DNA from: Marsupella aquatica
Lineage: Eukaryota > Plantae > Marchantiophyta
Direction: 5' to 3'
NCBI GenBank assembly: GCA_973895155.1
Contig: OZ316897.1
Location: 8,269,832 to 8,333,831, forward strand
DNA: 64,000 nt
Shown one piece after another: positions 48,434 to 60,688 of this stretch. The position numbers were made by a program, and so were the translations under genes. The notes beneath the pieces are model-generated. The model saw nothing but the letters and a program-made list of their open reading frames with translations, was not told the origin of the DNA and made no database searches. Every line of letters starts with the position of its first letter. Positions within the stretch are counted from its first letter, which is position 1.

Positions 48434-50305
48434 TTAATGCAATTCAACTCTGGAATGATGACCATTTTGTTGGACCTTATCATTAACCGTCAAATTTGAA
48501 GTTGTTCGGTTTCATCAGACACATGGTTTGGCCAAATTTGAAATGGCTTTGAAAGAATAATGCGATCATGTTTGACCTAAGGATTCTAATAGACCAATAA
48601 TTTTTTAACATCCCAGATATTATCATTGCTCCAAAAGATAAGTGTTGTTTGAAAGAAAAAAACATTTAAGATTTCACTTGAGATTATTTAAGTACCCTTG
48701 CGGATGATTTTACAAGACATCCTGGCACACTTTTGACTTCTTTGCCAAAGCAAATTGGAGGGTCAGTGCTCACTTCTTGTCTCACAAATAGAATCCAAAT
48801 AGACAAATAGTCTAACATTCTAGACAAAATTAAGCACTCAGCACTAACATTTACTTGGGCCCACTGCTTGCCATGTACTATCATAGATACCATAACTTAG
48901 GGGACCCTGAGTTCTTGTAAAGCCAACTACAATCATATTCACTAGCAATACTATCCAGGCTAATCTTGAAGTAAGGGAATAAAAATAAGACAATTGCCCC
49001 CAACTTCTTGCAAGCCCTTAGTGAGCTCCATCTCTGTGTCACAATGAGAGTCATCCATTGATGGTTTGTAGTCGTACACCTTTGCTATAATGGGGATCCA
49101 CAATTCAGATTTTGTCTTGTTCAGATTTTTGTGTCATGTATTTTTATTTCAATGAGCCTCATTAAGGGGCATCCTTGGTATCATATAGATTTTTAATTAA
49201 TTTTTGGACCCCTTTAATTTTTGGTATGTGAGAGAAATTTTGAACTCATTTTGGCACCTCTCTTAATTTTTAATCTTTGTTATCTCTTAGATTAACCAGT
49301 AACTTTAATTTCTACCCCTTGAAGAAATTTTTTAAGTATTCTAATGAGAGAGAGAAATTATTGTAAATAATGTGAACACATCCTGTCTTAAGTTCCCCTC
49401 ATGGCTATCTTTCCTAAGTTTATGGTTTTTATTGAATGGATGTCATTAAAAAGGCACATTGAAATAATAAGTGCAACATAGTAGCACCTTTGTGTCATAG
49501 CACTTGAGTGTACTTTTCATTAGTTTGTGTCATAGAACTTCACTGCAATTGTCATTCACTGTGTGCTTTTCTTTGCATGTGTTCTACTTATATTATTTTA
49601 TCCCACTCACACTTAATATGTATTCTAGATCTATTCTAGTATTTTTATCCACTTACATATCACTACAAGACAAAATATCAAGCATGACTGTTCCAGGATG
49701 AGCAAGACAAGATATCCAAAGTGTGTTCCGCCATATAGCATGCTCATAGCTTATATGTCTATTGTTCAAAAGCTAGACCCAAAACTTTACGATCATTCAA
49801 TTTGCTTATCCTTAAGTTTTAGGGTATTTATTTCTTAAAAACTTTGCACGTGATATGGAACCTTCCTTGGAGTGAGGCCCCCAAGGTAGTATGGTGGGTA
49901 CCATACACTATATGAATAGGAAACTAGACCTTTTTATTCAAGGCATTAATTCTTTACCTTGCTTCACAAATCAATGCATGTGTGGATTATTTCCATATAA
50001 CAGTTCAAACCATATAATGCAGGGAAATTGAGCCAATCGGAATTTACAACTCATTTGCTTGAGCCCATGGCCTCAGAGTAAAAGCAAAGGTAACCTTCAT
50101 GACAGATGACTTGAATGCAAAAGAAAGGACTCCTGATTTGAGTGGGGAATTGAACACCTTAGGATTGGGCTTAGCACAAGATTTTCATGGTATCATGATA
50201 ATGATCTATAAAGTAAAAAAACTATGAACTACATCTTGGTTGTTCTTTGAAATAACTAGCAATACTCTTACTTGCAATTATAAATAACATTGACTTTAAC
50301 ACAAG

Positions 50306-51799
50306 AAACTCGACTACCTTAACACTTAGCTCCGGCGTCGCTGACTCCGACGCCGAGCTCCCCTATGGTCCAGGCCCGGAATGGTCATCCAGGGAGGACT
50401 TAGCATGGGGGGACTCGTGGGCAGTGGGGCGTGGCACTAACAAAGGCAAGGCGCTAAGCTGGTGACACACACCAAGGACTTAGACTAGTTGGGGGGCTGA
50501 TCGGGTCCAGGGGAAAGGGCCGGACTCAAGGTTGACCATCCAGACCCTCGGAAGGACTTTGAGTTTTGAGGGCTTGAGTAAGAGCTCCTCTTGGGCCCAA
50601 GGCCAATGGAGTTTACTCCATGGGCAATGGATGTTTGGGGCACACAAGTTATTGCCCAGTCCAGGTTTGGCTGATCGAGGGTCCGGGGCGACAACAAGAT
50701 CTGAAGGCCTATGCATGAGCATTGGGTCAGCCCAATCACAACGGGCTAAGGCACTCTGTTTACGGACGCCTAACTAGAAAGTTATGGGCATCGTCAGTTG
50801 GTGGCGCGCCCAGACATGCGGGTTAGGGTCCAGGTTGGGGGCCAAAATTTGGGGACCAAAGTAGGTCCGAGGGTGGCAGGTCTCCAGAAGCATATATGAG
50901 GGGCGTGGTGTCTCCCTGGGGGCTAAGGGCGAGCCGAAGTCGTGAGTCGCGATACGTGGTCGCCTTGGTGGTCGCGACATTAAGGGAAAATGCCACACAA
51001 AAATGGCAATAACTTCCCAACGGGAAGTCCGTTGGAGGACTTCTTTGGTGCGTTGAAAATCTCTCAAAGAGGACTACATCCTCCTAATCTCAGCTGGTTC
51101 TAGGGGTGTCATGGGTTCTTGGGGTTTACGGGGCCTATCTCACCCGCTTGCCAAATCTCGCTAAAACAACAGCCAAGTCGCGTTCGGTCTCCCAAGGGAG
51201 CTGCATTGGGGAGGCAAGGCCAAGTAGGCATGGAGGTTAAGTTCCAAGAGTGCTTGGCTCCTAGACCATCAGTGGGGCAAGAACCAAGAGTTGTTGCTAG
51301 AGTCGAGGCCATTCAGGTCCCAACATGTTGGGACAAGCTTGGGACAAGCTTTAGGACAAGCTATGCTAATTGGGCCATGAGGATGTCTGGGGGCAGGATG
51401 GTCAGCTGGTGATGGATAGGTACAAGGGGGAACCCGGGCTGCACCCAAGGAAGGAGCTATTTTGGACGAACAATGGGTGTTGGTCCTGGTTCCGGCTTGT
51501 GGCGTTGGAGTACCTATCGCTGACCTACTTACCAATGTTTGTTGAGCTCTAGACTTTGGGAGATCTAGATCCTTATGGGTTACTTACCGGAGTGCTTGGT
51601 TGCTTGTGCAGATAGTGAGGACCGTTGAGCGACAGTTGTGCTAGGAAGTAAGCGCGGCTTTGTATGGGAGGGGCCGTCGGGGGTGTTGAGGGCACCAAGT
51701 TGCTTGCTCTATGAGTTCTGTGGAGGCATTCAGGCACCAAGGGCACTTAGGCATGGGTGCTGGGGTTGGTGAGGGCGTTGGGTGGCTAGGTCCACCACT
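50306..51799. mobile_element. GC-rich ~1.5-kb insertion in duplication copy A, unclassified TE-like sequence
   Basis: Absent from copy B, where TAACACAAGGCAACAC is contiguous at ~55574-55589. Flanked by CAAG on both sides (ACACAAG / ACTCAAG). Confidence 0.6.
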
Positions 51800-53556
51800 C
51801 AAGGCAACACACAAACCTTTACATATCAAAACTCAAGCTTTGCACTTCTGTTCACCAAGCTTTCCTTCCTGGTTTTATTGTCTTCCTTCTCTTCTTATGC
51901 ATCCAAATTAGAAACATTCATCCTCTTAAGCTGGATATAAATGACATTTAAATAAACACTAGCAAAATGAACAGTAGAAAATGTCCATGACAAACAAACA
52001 ATATGCACTCCAAAGTCCAGCAGCAGTCCTCCTAGCCAACAATGTCCTTCCTCAATCTTGTTATGGCATCAAGCTCTAATTCATGACCTTTGCTATTATC
52101 ATTACTCCAGAAGATAAGTGTTATTTGGAAAAGAAAAAACATTTAAGATTTCACTTGAGATTATTTAAATACACTTGAGGATGGTTTTACAAGACATCTT
52201 GGCACACATTTGACTATTTTGCCAAAGCAAATTGGAGGGTCAGTGCTCACTTCTTGTCTTACAAATAGACTCAAAAAGACAAGTAGTCTAAAATTCTAGA
52301 CAAAATAAGCACTCAGCACTAACATTTACTTGGGCCCACTGCTTGTCATGTACTATCATAGATACCATAACTTAATTGGACCCTGAAATCTTGTAAAGCC
52401 AACTACAATCATTTTCACTAGCAATACTATCCAGTCTAATCTTGAAGTAAGAGAATAAAAATAAGACAATTTCCCCCAACTTCTTGCAAGCCCTTAGTGA
52501 GCTCCATCTCTCTGTTACAATGAGAGCCATCCATTGATGGTTTGTAGTCATATACCTTTGCTACAATGCTGCTATATGGGGAATCCACCATTCAAATTTT
52601 GTCTTATTCAGAATTTTTGTGTTGTATATTTATTTCAATGTGCCTTATCAAGGGGCATCCTTTGTATCATATAGATTTTTAATTAATTTTTTGGACCCCT
52701 TTAATTTTTGGTATCTGAGAGAATCTTCAACTCATTTTGGCAGCCCTCTTAATTTTTAATCTTTGTTATCTCTTAGATTAACCAATGACTTTAATTTGTA
52801 CCCCTTGAACAAAAATTTTAAGTATTCTAATGAGAGAGAAATGAATGTGAAAACGTCCTGTCTTAAGTTCCCCTCATGGCTTTTTTTCCTAAGTTTATGG
52901 TTTTTGTTGAATTGAGTGTCATTAATAAGGCACAATGAATTAATAAGTGCACACATAGTAGCAGCTTTGTGTCATAGCACTTGAGTGTACTTTTCATTGG
53001 TTTGTGTCATAGAACTTGACTGCACTTTTCATTAGTCATTCACTATGTGCTTTTCTTTGCATGTGCTCTACTTATATTATTTTATCCCACTCACACTTAA
53101 TATGTATTCTTGTTCTATTTTGGTATTTTATCCACTTACATATGACTACAAGACAAACTATCAAGGATGTTCCAAGATGAGCAAGACAAGATATCCAAAG
53201 TGTATTTTGCCATATAACATGTTCATAGCTTATATGTCTATTGAAAAACAATTGCAATGCTTATGGTTTATAGGTCAATAGGAGTTACCTAAACAAAGAG
53301 CCCCTAACTAAATAGAGAGCCCCCCAATTTTAGAAAGGTACAAATTAGTTTACTTTGCTTTCAATCACAAAATAGTTTGTTTTTGAATTTAACATTGCAT
53401 TTAAAGAAAAGTTAAATATCTCATAAGTTGGACCCCAAAATTTTACGATCATTCAATTTGCTTAGATCCTTTCCACTCTATACAATTTACTTTGCCTTTC
53501 CACTTGATAGTACATCCTACATCTATTGTACATTCATAGACAATGAAACTAAATAA

Positions 53557-54835
53557 TCTACATCTATAATTGAATCCCGCTCATTTTAGTCCTTTGTCCC
53601 ATTACAAATTGCAGTTTGAGCAGGAATGAATGACAACCGTTAGATCTTTATAAGTGATTTCTTGTAACCATTTGATTCTTAGTTCTGTGGCAAGGGTACA
53701 CATAAGGACATTACAATAATCTAGGTGAAAACAAGAACAATTGTACTTGAATTACAATTATGAATTGTACTGGATTGTCCTTTCTACGCTCCCATGGACA
53801 CTACAACTCTACAAGGGTACGGTGATTATATATTTATTATACTCTCATAAAAATATAAAGATAAGCACTATCCAAATCAGGGAGGAGGTAACAAGAAATT
53901 GGCATGGAGGAAAACCAAGGGGAAAGCCAGATAAAGGGAAAAGTGAACAAAAATTGAGGAAAGTGGAGAATGAAAAGGTAGGGAAAATAGAGAAGGAGAT
54001 AAAGTGAGATAATTTTGTATTTTCCTGCCCCCTCCCCCCCCCCCCCCCCCCATTTGAAAAAAATAAGCATGTATATATTTATGTATTTAAAATATTACTA
54101 ATTTGAATTTGAATAAAAATTGCATTGTCTTTTGGTGATCATGGTACGACTCCGTAATGTAATGGCCAATGTCACCCATCTTGCATCTCCATGTTTTCAC
54201 CTTCATCCTCCTCAACAATAACATATTCATAATAATGACCAAAATGATAACATTTTTGTAACAATGACAAACATCATCAAACATTGACATTTTGTATGTT
54301 ACATCTTTTTTTCTGCACATAAGGAATGAGTTTGCCTTCATTTTTTGTATTTCTTTGACAACTTTGCCTCACCTCGACATTTTTTTCTCTTTTCAACATA
54401 TTTTCTTCACCTCAACATCTTTTGTGCAATGCACGAGCATTTTTTGTATTCTTTATCTCACCACAACATCTTTCCTCACCCTCAACATATTTTCTCTTCT
54501 TGACATGTTTTCCTCATCTTTACATCTTTTTCTCACCTTGCCATCTTTTTTCTCCTCAACATCTTTTTTTCACTTTGATTTCTTTTCCTCACCTCGACAT
54601 CTTTTTCTCTCATCAACAACTTTTTTCACACCAACATCTTTTCTTCGCTTTGAATCTTTTTCTCTCATCGGCAATTTTTTTCACACCAACATTTTTTTTC
54701 TTCACCTCGACATCTTTTTCTCTCATTAACAACTTTTTTCACACCAACATTTTTTCTTCACCTTGACATATTTTTTCACCTCAACATCTTTTTTCACCTC
54801 AACATCTTTTGTGCAACGCACAGGCATTGGGCTAG
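53557..54835 (+). mobile_element. Non-autonomous Helitron (~1.28 kb)
   Basis: The 3' end TGTGCAACGCACAGGCATTGGG-CTAG|T (hairpin 54810-54822, CTAG 54832-54835, followed by T) is the classical plant Helitron terminus. The candidate 5' end A|TCTACATCTATAA at 53557 is less certain. Confidence 0.7.
54340..54810. repeat. Low-complexity ~20-bp degenerate repeat (TTTTTCTTCACCTCAACATC-like) inside the Helitron
   Basis: Many variants of CACCTC(A/G)ACATCTTTTT are visible; they account for the F/S/T-rich spurious ORFs at 54292-54766. Confidence 0.8.
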
Positions 54836-57800
54836 TTGTACATATTATTGTATGGTTGTCCAACCATCAACTTCTCTATGTTACTCTCTAAACTCTCAAA
54901 TGGTATAGCATGCTCGGGGTCCTCACATTTTTTTCTTCTGACCCATCAAGGGCAAAGAAGTTAGGGTTTTTTAATCTAATTTTGAGAATTATAATAACTA
55001 TATGGGTTTATTAATACCAAATTTGAGAATATTCCTGAATTATTCCATATAGTTAGGGGTTAATAATTAATAAAATCTACTTTATTTTCTTAAGTTTTAG
55101 GGTATTTATTACTTGATAACTTTGCGCGTGATATGGATCATTCCTTGGAGTGAGGCCCCCGAGGTAGCATGGTGGGTACCATACACTATATAAATAGGAA
55201 ACTAGACACAATTGGTTGTCATTCAAGGCATTAGTTCTTTACCTTGCTTCACAAATCAATGCATGGCTCGATTATTTCCATATAACAATTCAAGCCATAT
55301 AATGCAGGGAAATTGAGCCAATTGATTACGACTCAATGCTTGAGCTCATGGCCTCAGAGTAGAAGCAGGTGACCTGAGTCATGACAGATCACTTGAATGC
55401 AAAAGAAAGGACTCCTAATTTGAGTGGGGCATTGAACACCTTAGGATTGGGCTTAGCACCAGATTTTCATAGTTCTATGATAATGATAGAGTAAAAAAAT
55501 ATGAATTACATCTTGGTCGTTCTTTAAAACAACTAGCAATATTCTTACTTGCAATTATAAACAACATTGAAATTAACACAAGGCAACACACAAACCTTTA
55601 GATATCAAAACTCAAAGCTTTGCACTCCTTTCACCAAGCTTTCCTTCCAGGTTTGGGCATTTAAATAAGCGCTAGAAAAATGGACAGCAGCAAACCTCCA
55701 TGACAAACAAACAATCGGGCAAACAATATGCTCTAAGATTGACCTCCACAATGCACTATAAGGTCCAGCAGCAGTCCTCCTAGCCAACAATGTCCTTCCA
55801 CAATGATCTTGTTATGGCATCAAGCTCTAACTCATGACCTTTGCCTCAAGCTCCAATGAAAGTGTTCAAACTGAACATTTGAAATTGGCAGCAGGTTGGC
55901 TTCTCCTTACCTCTCTAGCTTAAATGTACCCAAAACCTGAATACCCAAAACCCTAGCCTAGTCTAACCTAACACTCAATTCCTACCAAAGTCCTTGGGGA
56001 TCAACTATCAAAAATTGTAGGAACCACGTGCAATCCAAAATAGGTATTTTGATAGAAACTAGCTAAATTTTTAACAATTGTAAGAGGCAAAAGAAGGTTA
56101 TATGAACTCACATTTATAGACCATTTTCTAAAGTAAAATAGGTAATTAATATTGAGAATATAGAATATTTTGGAATATTTTCTGTAGAAAATAGGTGTAT
56201 TCATTTTTAAGCTAAGATCACACGTGGTACCCTAAAATATATACTAAGTTAACCCTCCAAGCCAAAGTCCCAATGGCCTCCTTAGGTTATGCACTTGCAT
56301 AGCCCTTTTGTAGCCCTCCAATAACAACAGCAACAATTGAGGCCCCCTTAATTTGCTTCAAGCCCCTAAATCCCAATCCCCCCACCCCCGAGGTTTGAGA
56401 CGGGGTCACAACACCCGCCCATAAGTTAGCCCAACATTAGTAGGGCGCTAACACAATTGTGCAGACCATTTTTAAGTGTGGACAGCAGTGCCATGACTGT
56501 ACAAATTAGTGGCAAAAACTCCCATTACTCGACCCATAGCATTTTGTGTCCAAAACATCATTAGGAAAGTGCTACTTTGAGACTCCTTAGTGCAACCTCA
56601 AATAGTTTTTGCCTGTATCTCGCCCTCCTTTTGCAAGAAGCAAAGAAGCCTCCAGGATGCCAAGCCAAATGTTGCAAAGTGGTGACTAAATGAAGGAAGA
56701 GAACTTGGGAGTGTATTTTTTAAGTGTTTGTCAAATTCCACCAAAAGTGAAGCCCGGATGGACGTCCCCACATTAGTCACAATGCTTGCCTACGGGAGGG
56801 CTTATAACTTGATGGATATGAGTTGTTAAATAATCTTTAGTCTTTCACTTGCAAGTCAACAACTACATTGTTCACAGCAATTGGTCTTATCTCGGCATTA
56901 GTGAAAGTTCTGAATATTTAATGTTGGTTACACTATATTAGTGGTGTCGCTAATTTGAATAGAGAATTACACTAAATATGGTGGCTTTTGGGGCTAAGAC
57001 TTTTTGGTTGGAAATTTATGAACAAGAGCAATTCACCTTTGTCATATCCTGATCCTGATTTGTGCACGCTGCCATTGTTTGGCAAGTAGTGTTGACTTTT
57101 GATTCTGTTGCTAGCCATCAGAAGTGAGGGACGATGCTTTTATACATGTGCAATGGAACACTCCGTTGCTTGAATAAAGAATTCAATTTGATTTTATAAA
57201 CAAATGTGTCAGCTGACTGAGGATGCATGGCGTTTGCGTGTATCAAAGTTCCCCTACTTTCCCCCATGGATATGACTTTCCCTACACAGAAAAACAAATG
57301 AGAAAACCATATTTTGATGAAATCAGTAAGTCACTCCAAATAGTGATGCACAAAGGGAATTAGTATTACTTTTACTTCCCAAATAGTGTCATCCTCAACC
57401 TGAATTGGTATTATCTTCACTCCCAAATAGTGTTATACAAAACCGGAATGAGTATCATACTAATGTTATTTAACGCATCCACTATTACTGTTACTTTGTA
57501 ATTAATATTAGTAATATTAATTTAGGAGTAAGCTCCAAACATTTGGCTACACAAATTGTATTACCAAAACTAATTGAGATGAAGAGTGTATAGAAGGCGG
57601 GAGAGAAGGTGGAGACATAAAAAGAAGAAGCCCTAATATTTTATAATTAATGCAATGAAAATTAATTCAATAGAATTTACCGCTCTGCATTCCATGTTGA
57701 ATAATTCAACCAAAATGACCAAAAATTCATTGTCACTTCAATGAAGTGACAAACCCTAAACCCTCTTCCTCTAGCACATCCTCAAAACTAAAAAATATTT

Positions 57801-58326
57801 CAATTTATGAACATCAAGTTAGTACAATTGAACTCAAATGTTGGGAATTATGTTCCATGCCTGGGGGTTATCAAAGACCAACGTTGTGATAGTAACTATC
57901 AATTCCACCCAAAGTATTATCCACTTTTGGAAAAAGATTGCAAGTTTTGTTCCTACTTGAAACACTAGATGAGATTTTCCACTATGGGACAAGAAGAAAA
58001 GCTTAAAAACAGCCTATTAGGGACACTAGGGCTCACCCTGGAGGGTACTCTGCTGGTTGACTATGGAACTGTGTAGACATTAAAGAGGCTAGGTGGCAGG
58101 GGATGTGCATGGATTGCAAGGAGGGCCCCACTGAGTCTATTTCAAATAAAGGGGCTTGTTAGGGGTTACTTTCTTTCCCTCGTTCTTGCCCTGGACGGCC
58201 CCCATCAAGTCTTTTTCTCGACCAAAATAACACCAATTTATGTGCACAAAACTAGTGTTAAATAGAATAAGTGTGAATAACACTAATTTATGGGTAGAAA
58301 TGTATGCTCTTGAATTAGCACATAGT

Positions 58327-58823
58327 GGGGCAGATAGATATACTTGATGGACCCCCAAAATAAAAAGAGTTACTTCATGGACCCATGGGCTTTTGGGTAC
58401 ACAAGCTTGAATGCCCATTCTTTGATTTTATGCCTTGAATACCAGAAGCTGACCCATCCAACAGAGAATATACAATCAACTCCAGAGCATACACCTATGT
58501 AGGGTAGCCCACAAGGAGGGAGAGAGGGCTGGACCAGAGCCCAAAAGTGGACCAGTCAGGGGCTGAGGAAAAACCAGGACTCCCACCTCTACAACCCACC
58601 CACACACACACACACACACCCCCTCCACAACCCTTGCATGTGGAGGGGGAATTGAGCCTGCGACCTCTAGAGATCTCGGTTCAAAGCTCATCCCCTGGTC
58701 AGTTGACCAGTGCCAGTTGAATGCCCATTCTTTGAATGTTATAGAAAGATGACAAAAATCATGACACAGTCCATCAGGTAACAATTTTCAATTTTGGTAC
58801 CCATCAAGAAAATATCTGTCTCC
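58327..58823. mobile_element. MITE (same TIR family as 34254-34492) interrupted by the SINE
   Basis: Left end GGGGCAGATA..CTTGATGGACCCCCAAAATAAAAAGAGTTACTTCATGGAC versus reverse complement of the right end GGAGACAGATA..CTTGATGGGTACCAAAATTGAAAATTGTTACCTGATGGAC. Boundaries are approximate. Confidence 0.6.
58426..58716 (-). mobile_element. Full-length tRNA-derived SINE (~291 bp) with 19-bp target-site duplication
   Basis: The direct repeat TTGAATGCCCATTCTTTGA occurs at 58407-58425 and 58717-58735. Inside are a degenerate A-box near the 5' end, B-box GGCTCAATTCC (58658-58648), an 11-bp hairpin (58619-58649), a (GT)n tract and an A-rich 3' end. It is homologous to the element at 1-104. Confidence 0.8.
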
Positions 58824-60386
58824 TTGAGAGGGTCTGTTTAGGGTTTGACACTTTGGTAAAAAGATACTTTGTGTATCTAGTTTCCTCATATACCCATTGG
58901 CCCACAAAATCTTCAGGAAAGTCTCTCTGATGAAAAAAAAACCTCAATGAAAGAATAATAAGGTCCTGTTTTGCCAGTCATGCTGCCTATCATCCCATGT
59001 CAGAGCTGGCCCAGGCAACGCCAGAGCCACATGCAATATCTAACACAAGATCTACCCAGACGAAGGACCAATTTTATTTGCTCTTCCCCCACTTTGATGG
59101 TAAAAATTTCCTTCAACAAATCTTTATCCAACCTGCTCTGCCCCATCTGAAAGATATGGTCAGTCAGCCCTGCCCTGCCCTGCCCGCCCTCTCCCCCCCA
59201 AGGAAATATCTTTATGGCATTTTTGGATGATTATGAGTTGACCAGAGGTGGTTAACTTCACTATTGCTAGAAAAAGGTGGCATTCTAGTAAATAATCTAA
59301 AAAGCATGGCAAGGTAGTGATTTATCACAATAAAAGTGGCACAATTGTAACTTTCAATATTTTGTAATTCTCCAATTGGAGTGTAGTCCTAATAAAACTA
59401 ATTAATAGTACTACATGTCATTATTACAGCTGGTTAATTAAGTTGTGAAGAAAGACAGAAAACAAGCTTTGTTGCGGTTCAGCAAGGAGGGAGGGGAGGA
59501 ACATTGAGAATGAGTTAAGTACAAAAGAAAACTATGAGAATGAGGCAGTATGTACAAATGAAAACAATGAGAATCAGCTAAGCACAAAAGAAAACAATAA
59601 AAACTCCATCATACTGATTATTTAAACTTATCCCCAAAATAAAATAAAATAAATCAGGTTGTGATTTTAAATACCCCTACAGGTTGGTTACAAGATAAAT
59701 AAAGAATGGAATCAAGGAGAATATGGACATCATTTTGCTTGATTGACCCCATTCTTCCAACTAGTGCTTTGGTGGGAGCCAAACTTTGGAAAACCTTTCA
59801 AAGGACCACTCCCCCAGCAACATTTTTACCTCCCTCATTATCCTTTCCTTGAAAAACATGTTGCAGAAGTTATTTTAGTGGTCGGGTAGGTGGTGCTAGT
59901 TGGGCAAAGAGTGGTGGCAAGGAGAATCCAAACAGAGAACAGTACTCAGAACAAGGGCAGCTGAGATGGAAGCTTTGCTGGTATGTGAGGAGCCACGGCA
60001 AGGGAGTGGGACAGAAAACAACTGAACCCCCACTCAGACAACCCAAACAGAAAATAATGTGTCAATGTTGCTTCACAAAATCAACCCACCGCCCACACCT
60101 CACCCCTGAGAATAATCCCATGCCCCTCCTTCCCACCTCAGTTAGGTCCTCCCAGGTGACCTGCTTGGTCCTTGCCCCCTGTATCCCAATCATGTCTACC
60201 GCTGCAAACCTCCTCATGCCATTTTGACGATGATACACTAGCCTCCGCCTTGTGGAGAACCTGCCTATTCAATGCCCCCGGGCCCACACTCTAAACTAAG
60301 TGCACATGACGGAACGTGCTCAAATCAATTTTTGATGTGGTTGTTGGAGGGAGCTGTTTGTTAAGATGTGAGGGAGGGGCACTATT

Positions 60387-60688
60387 TGTAAGAAACCATT
60401 GGGACTCAGACTAGTCTAGACAGCAAATGCAAATTAAACATGAAAGGACAAACATACACTACATCGACGAGTCAACACCACGAGTGGAGAAACTCCAAAA
60501 GGGTCCATACCATATAAGAGTACATGTGCAGAATGAGGGAGAGCATTCTCTCCCTCTCACCTATACCCCCCAACGGGGGCTGAGATGTGTGGGCCCTAAA
60601 CTAAGCAGATTGTATCATAAATAATATAATCAAGGGTTAACTAACCCTAGTAAAGACTATAGTTGGGAGCTTGAGTCAGTTCCTAACA
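60387..60688. mobile_element. Solo LTR (302 bp)
   Basis: Termini TGTAAG...CTAACA (TG...CA with a short inverted repeat), flanked by the 5-bp TSD CTATT at 60382-60386 and 60689-60693. Confidence 0.8.

Larger units (their letters stand above)
48618..55844 (+). repeat. Tandem segmental duplication: copy A 48618-52093, copy B 52094-55844
   Basis: Both copies start TATTATCATT.CTCCA.AAGATAAGTGTT and end ATGGCATCAAGCTCTAA.TCATGACCTTTGC. About 2 kb of collinear shared sequence remains, interrupted by copy-specific indels. Confidence 0.9.

Noticed and set aside
54292-54766. F/S/T-rich 145-aa and 114-aa ORFs
   Set aside because: They are translations of the low-complexity repeat inside the Helitron.
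55949-57764. Interstitial telomeric repeats (AAACCCT-like at ~55950-55975 and 57751-57764)
   Set aside because: Only one or two degenerate units are present, which is not an array.
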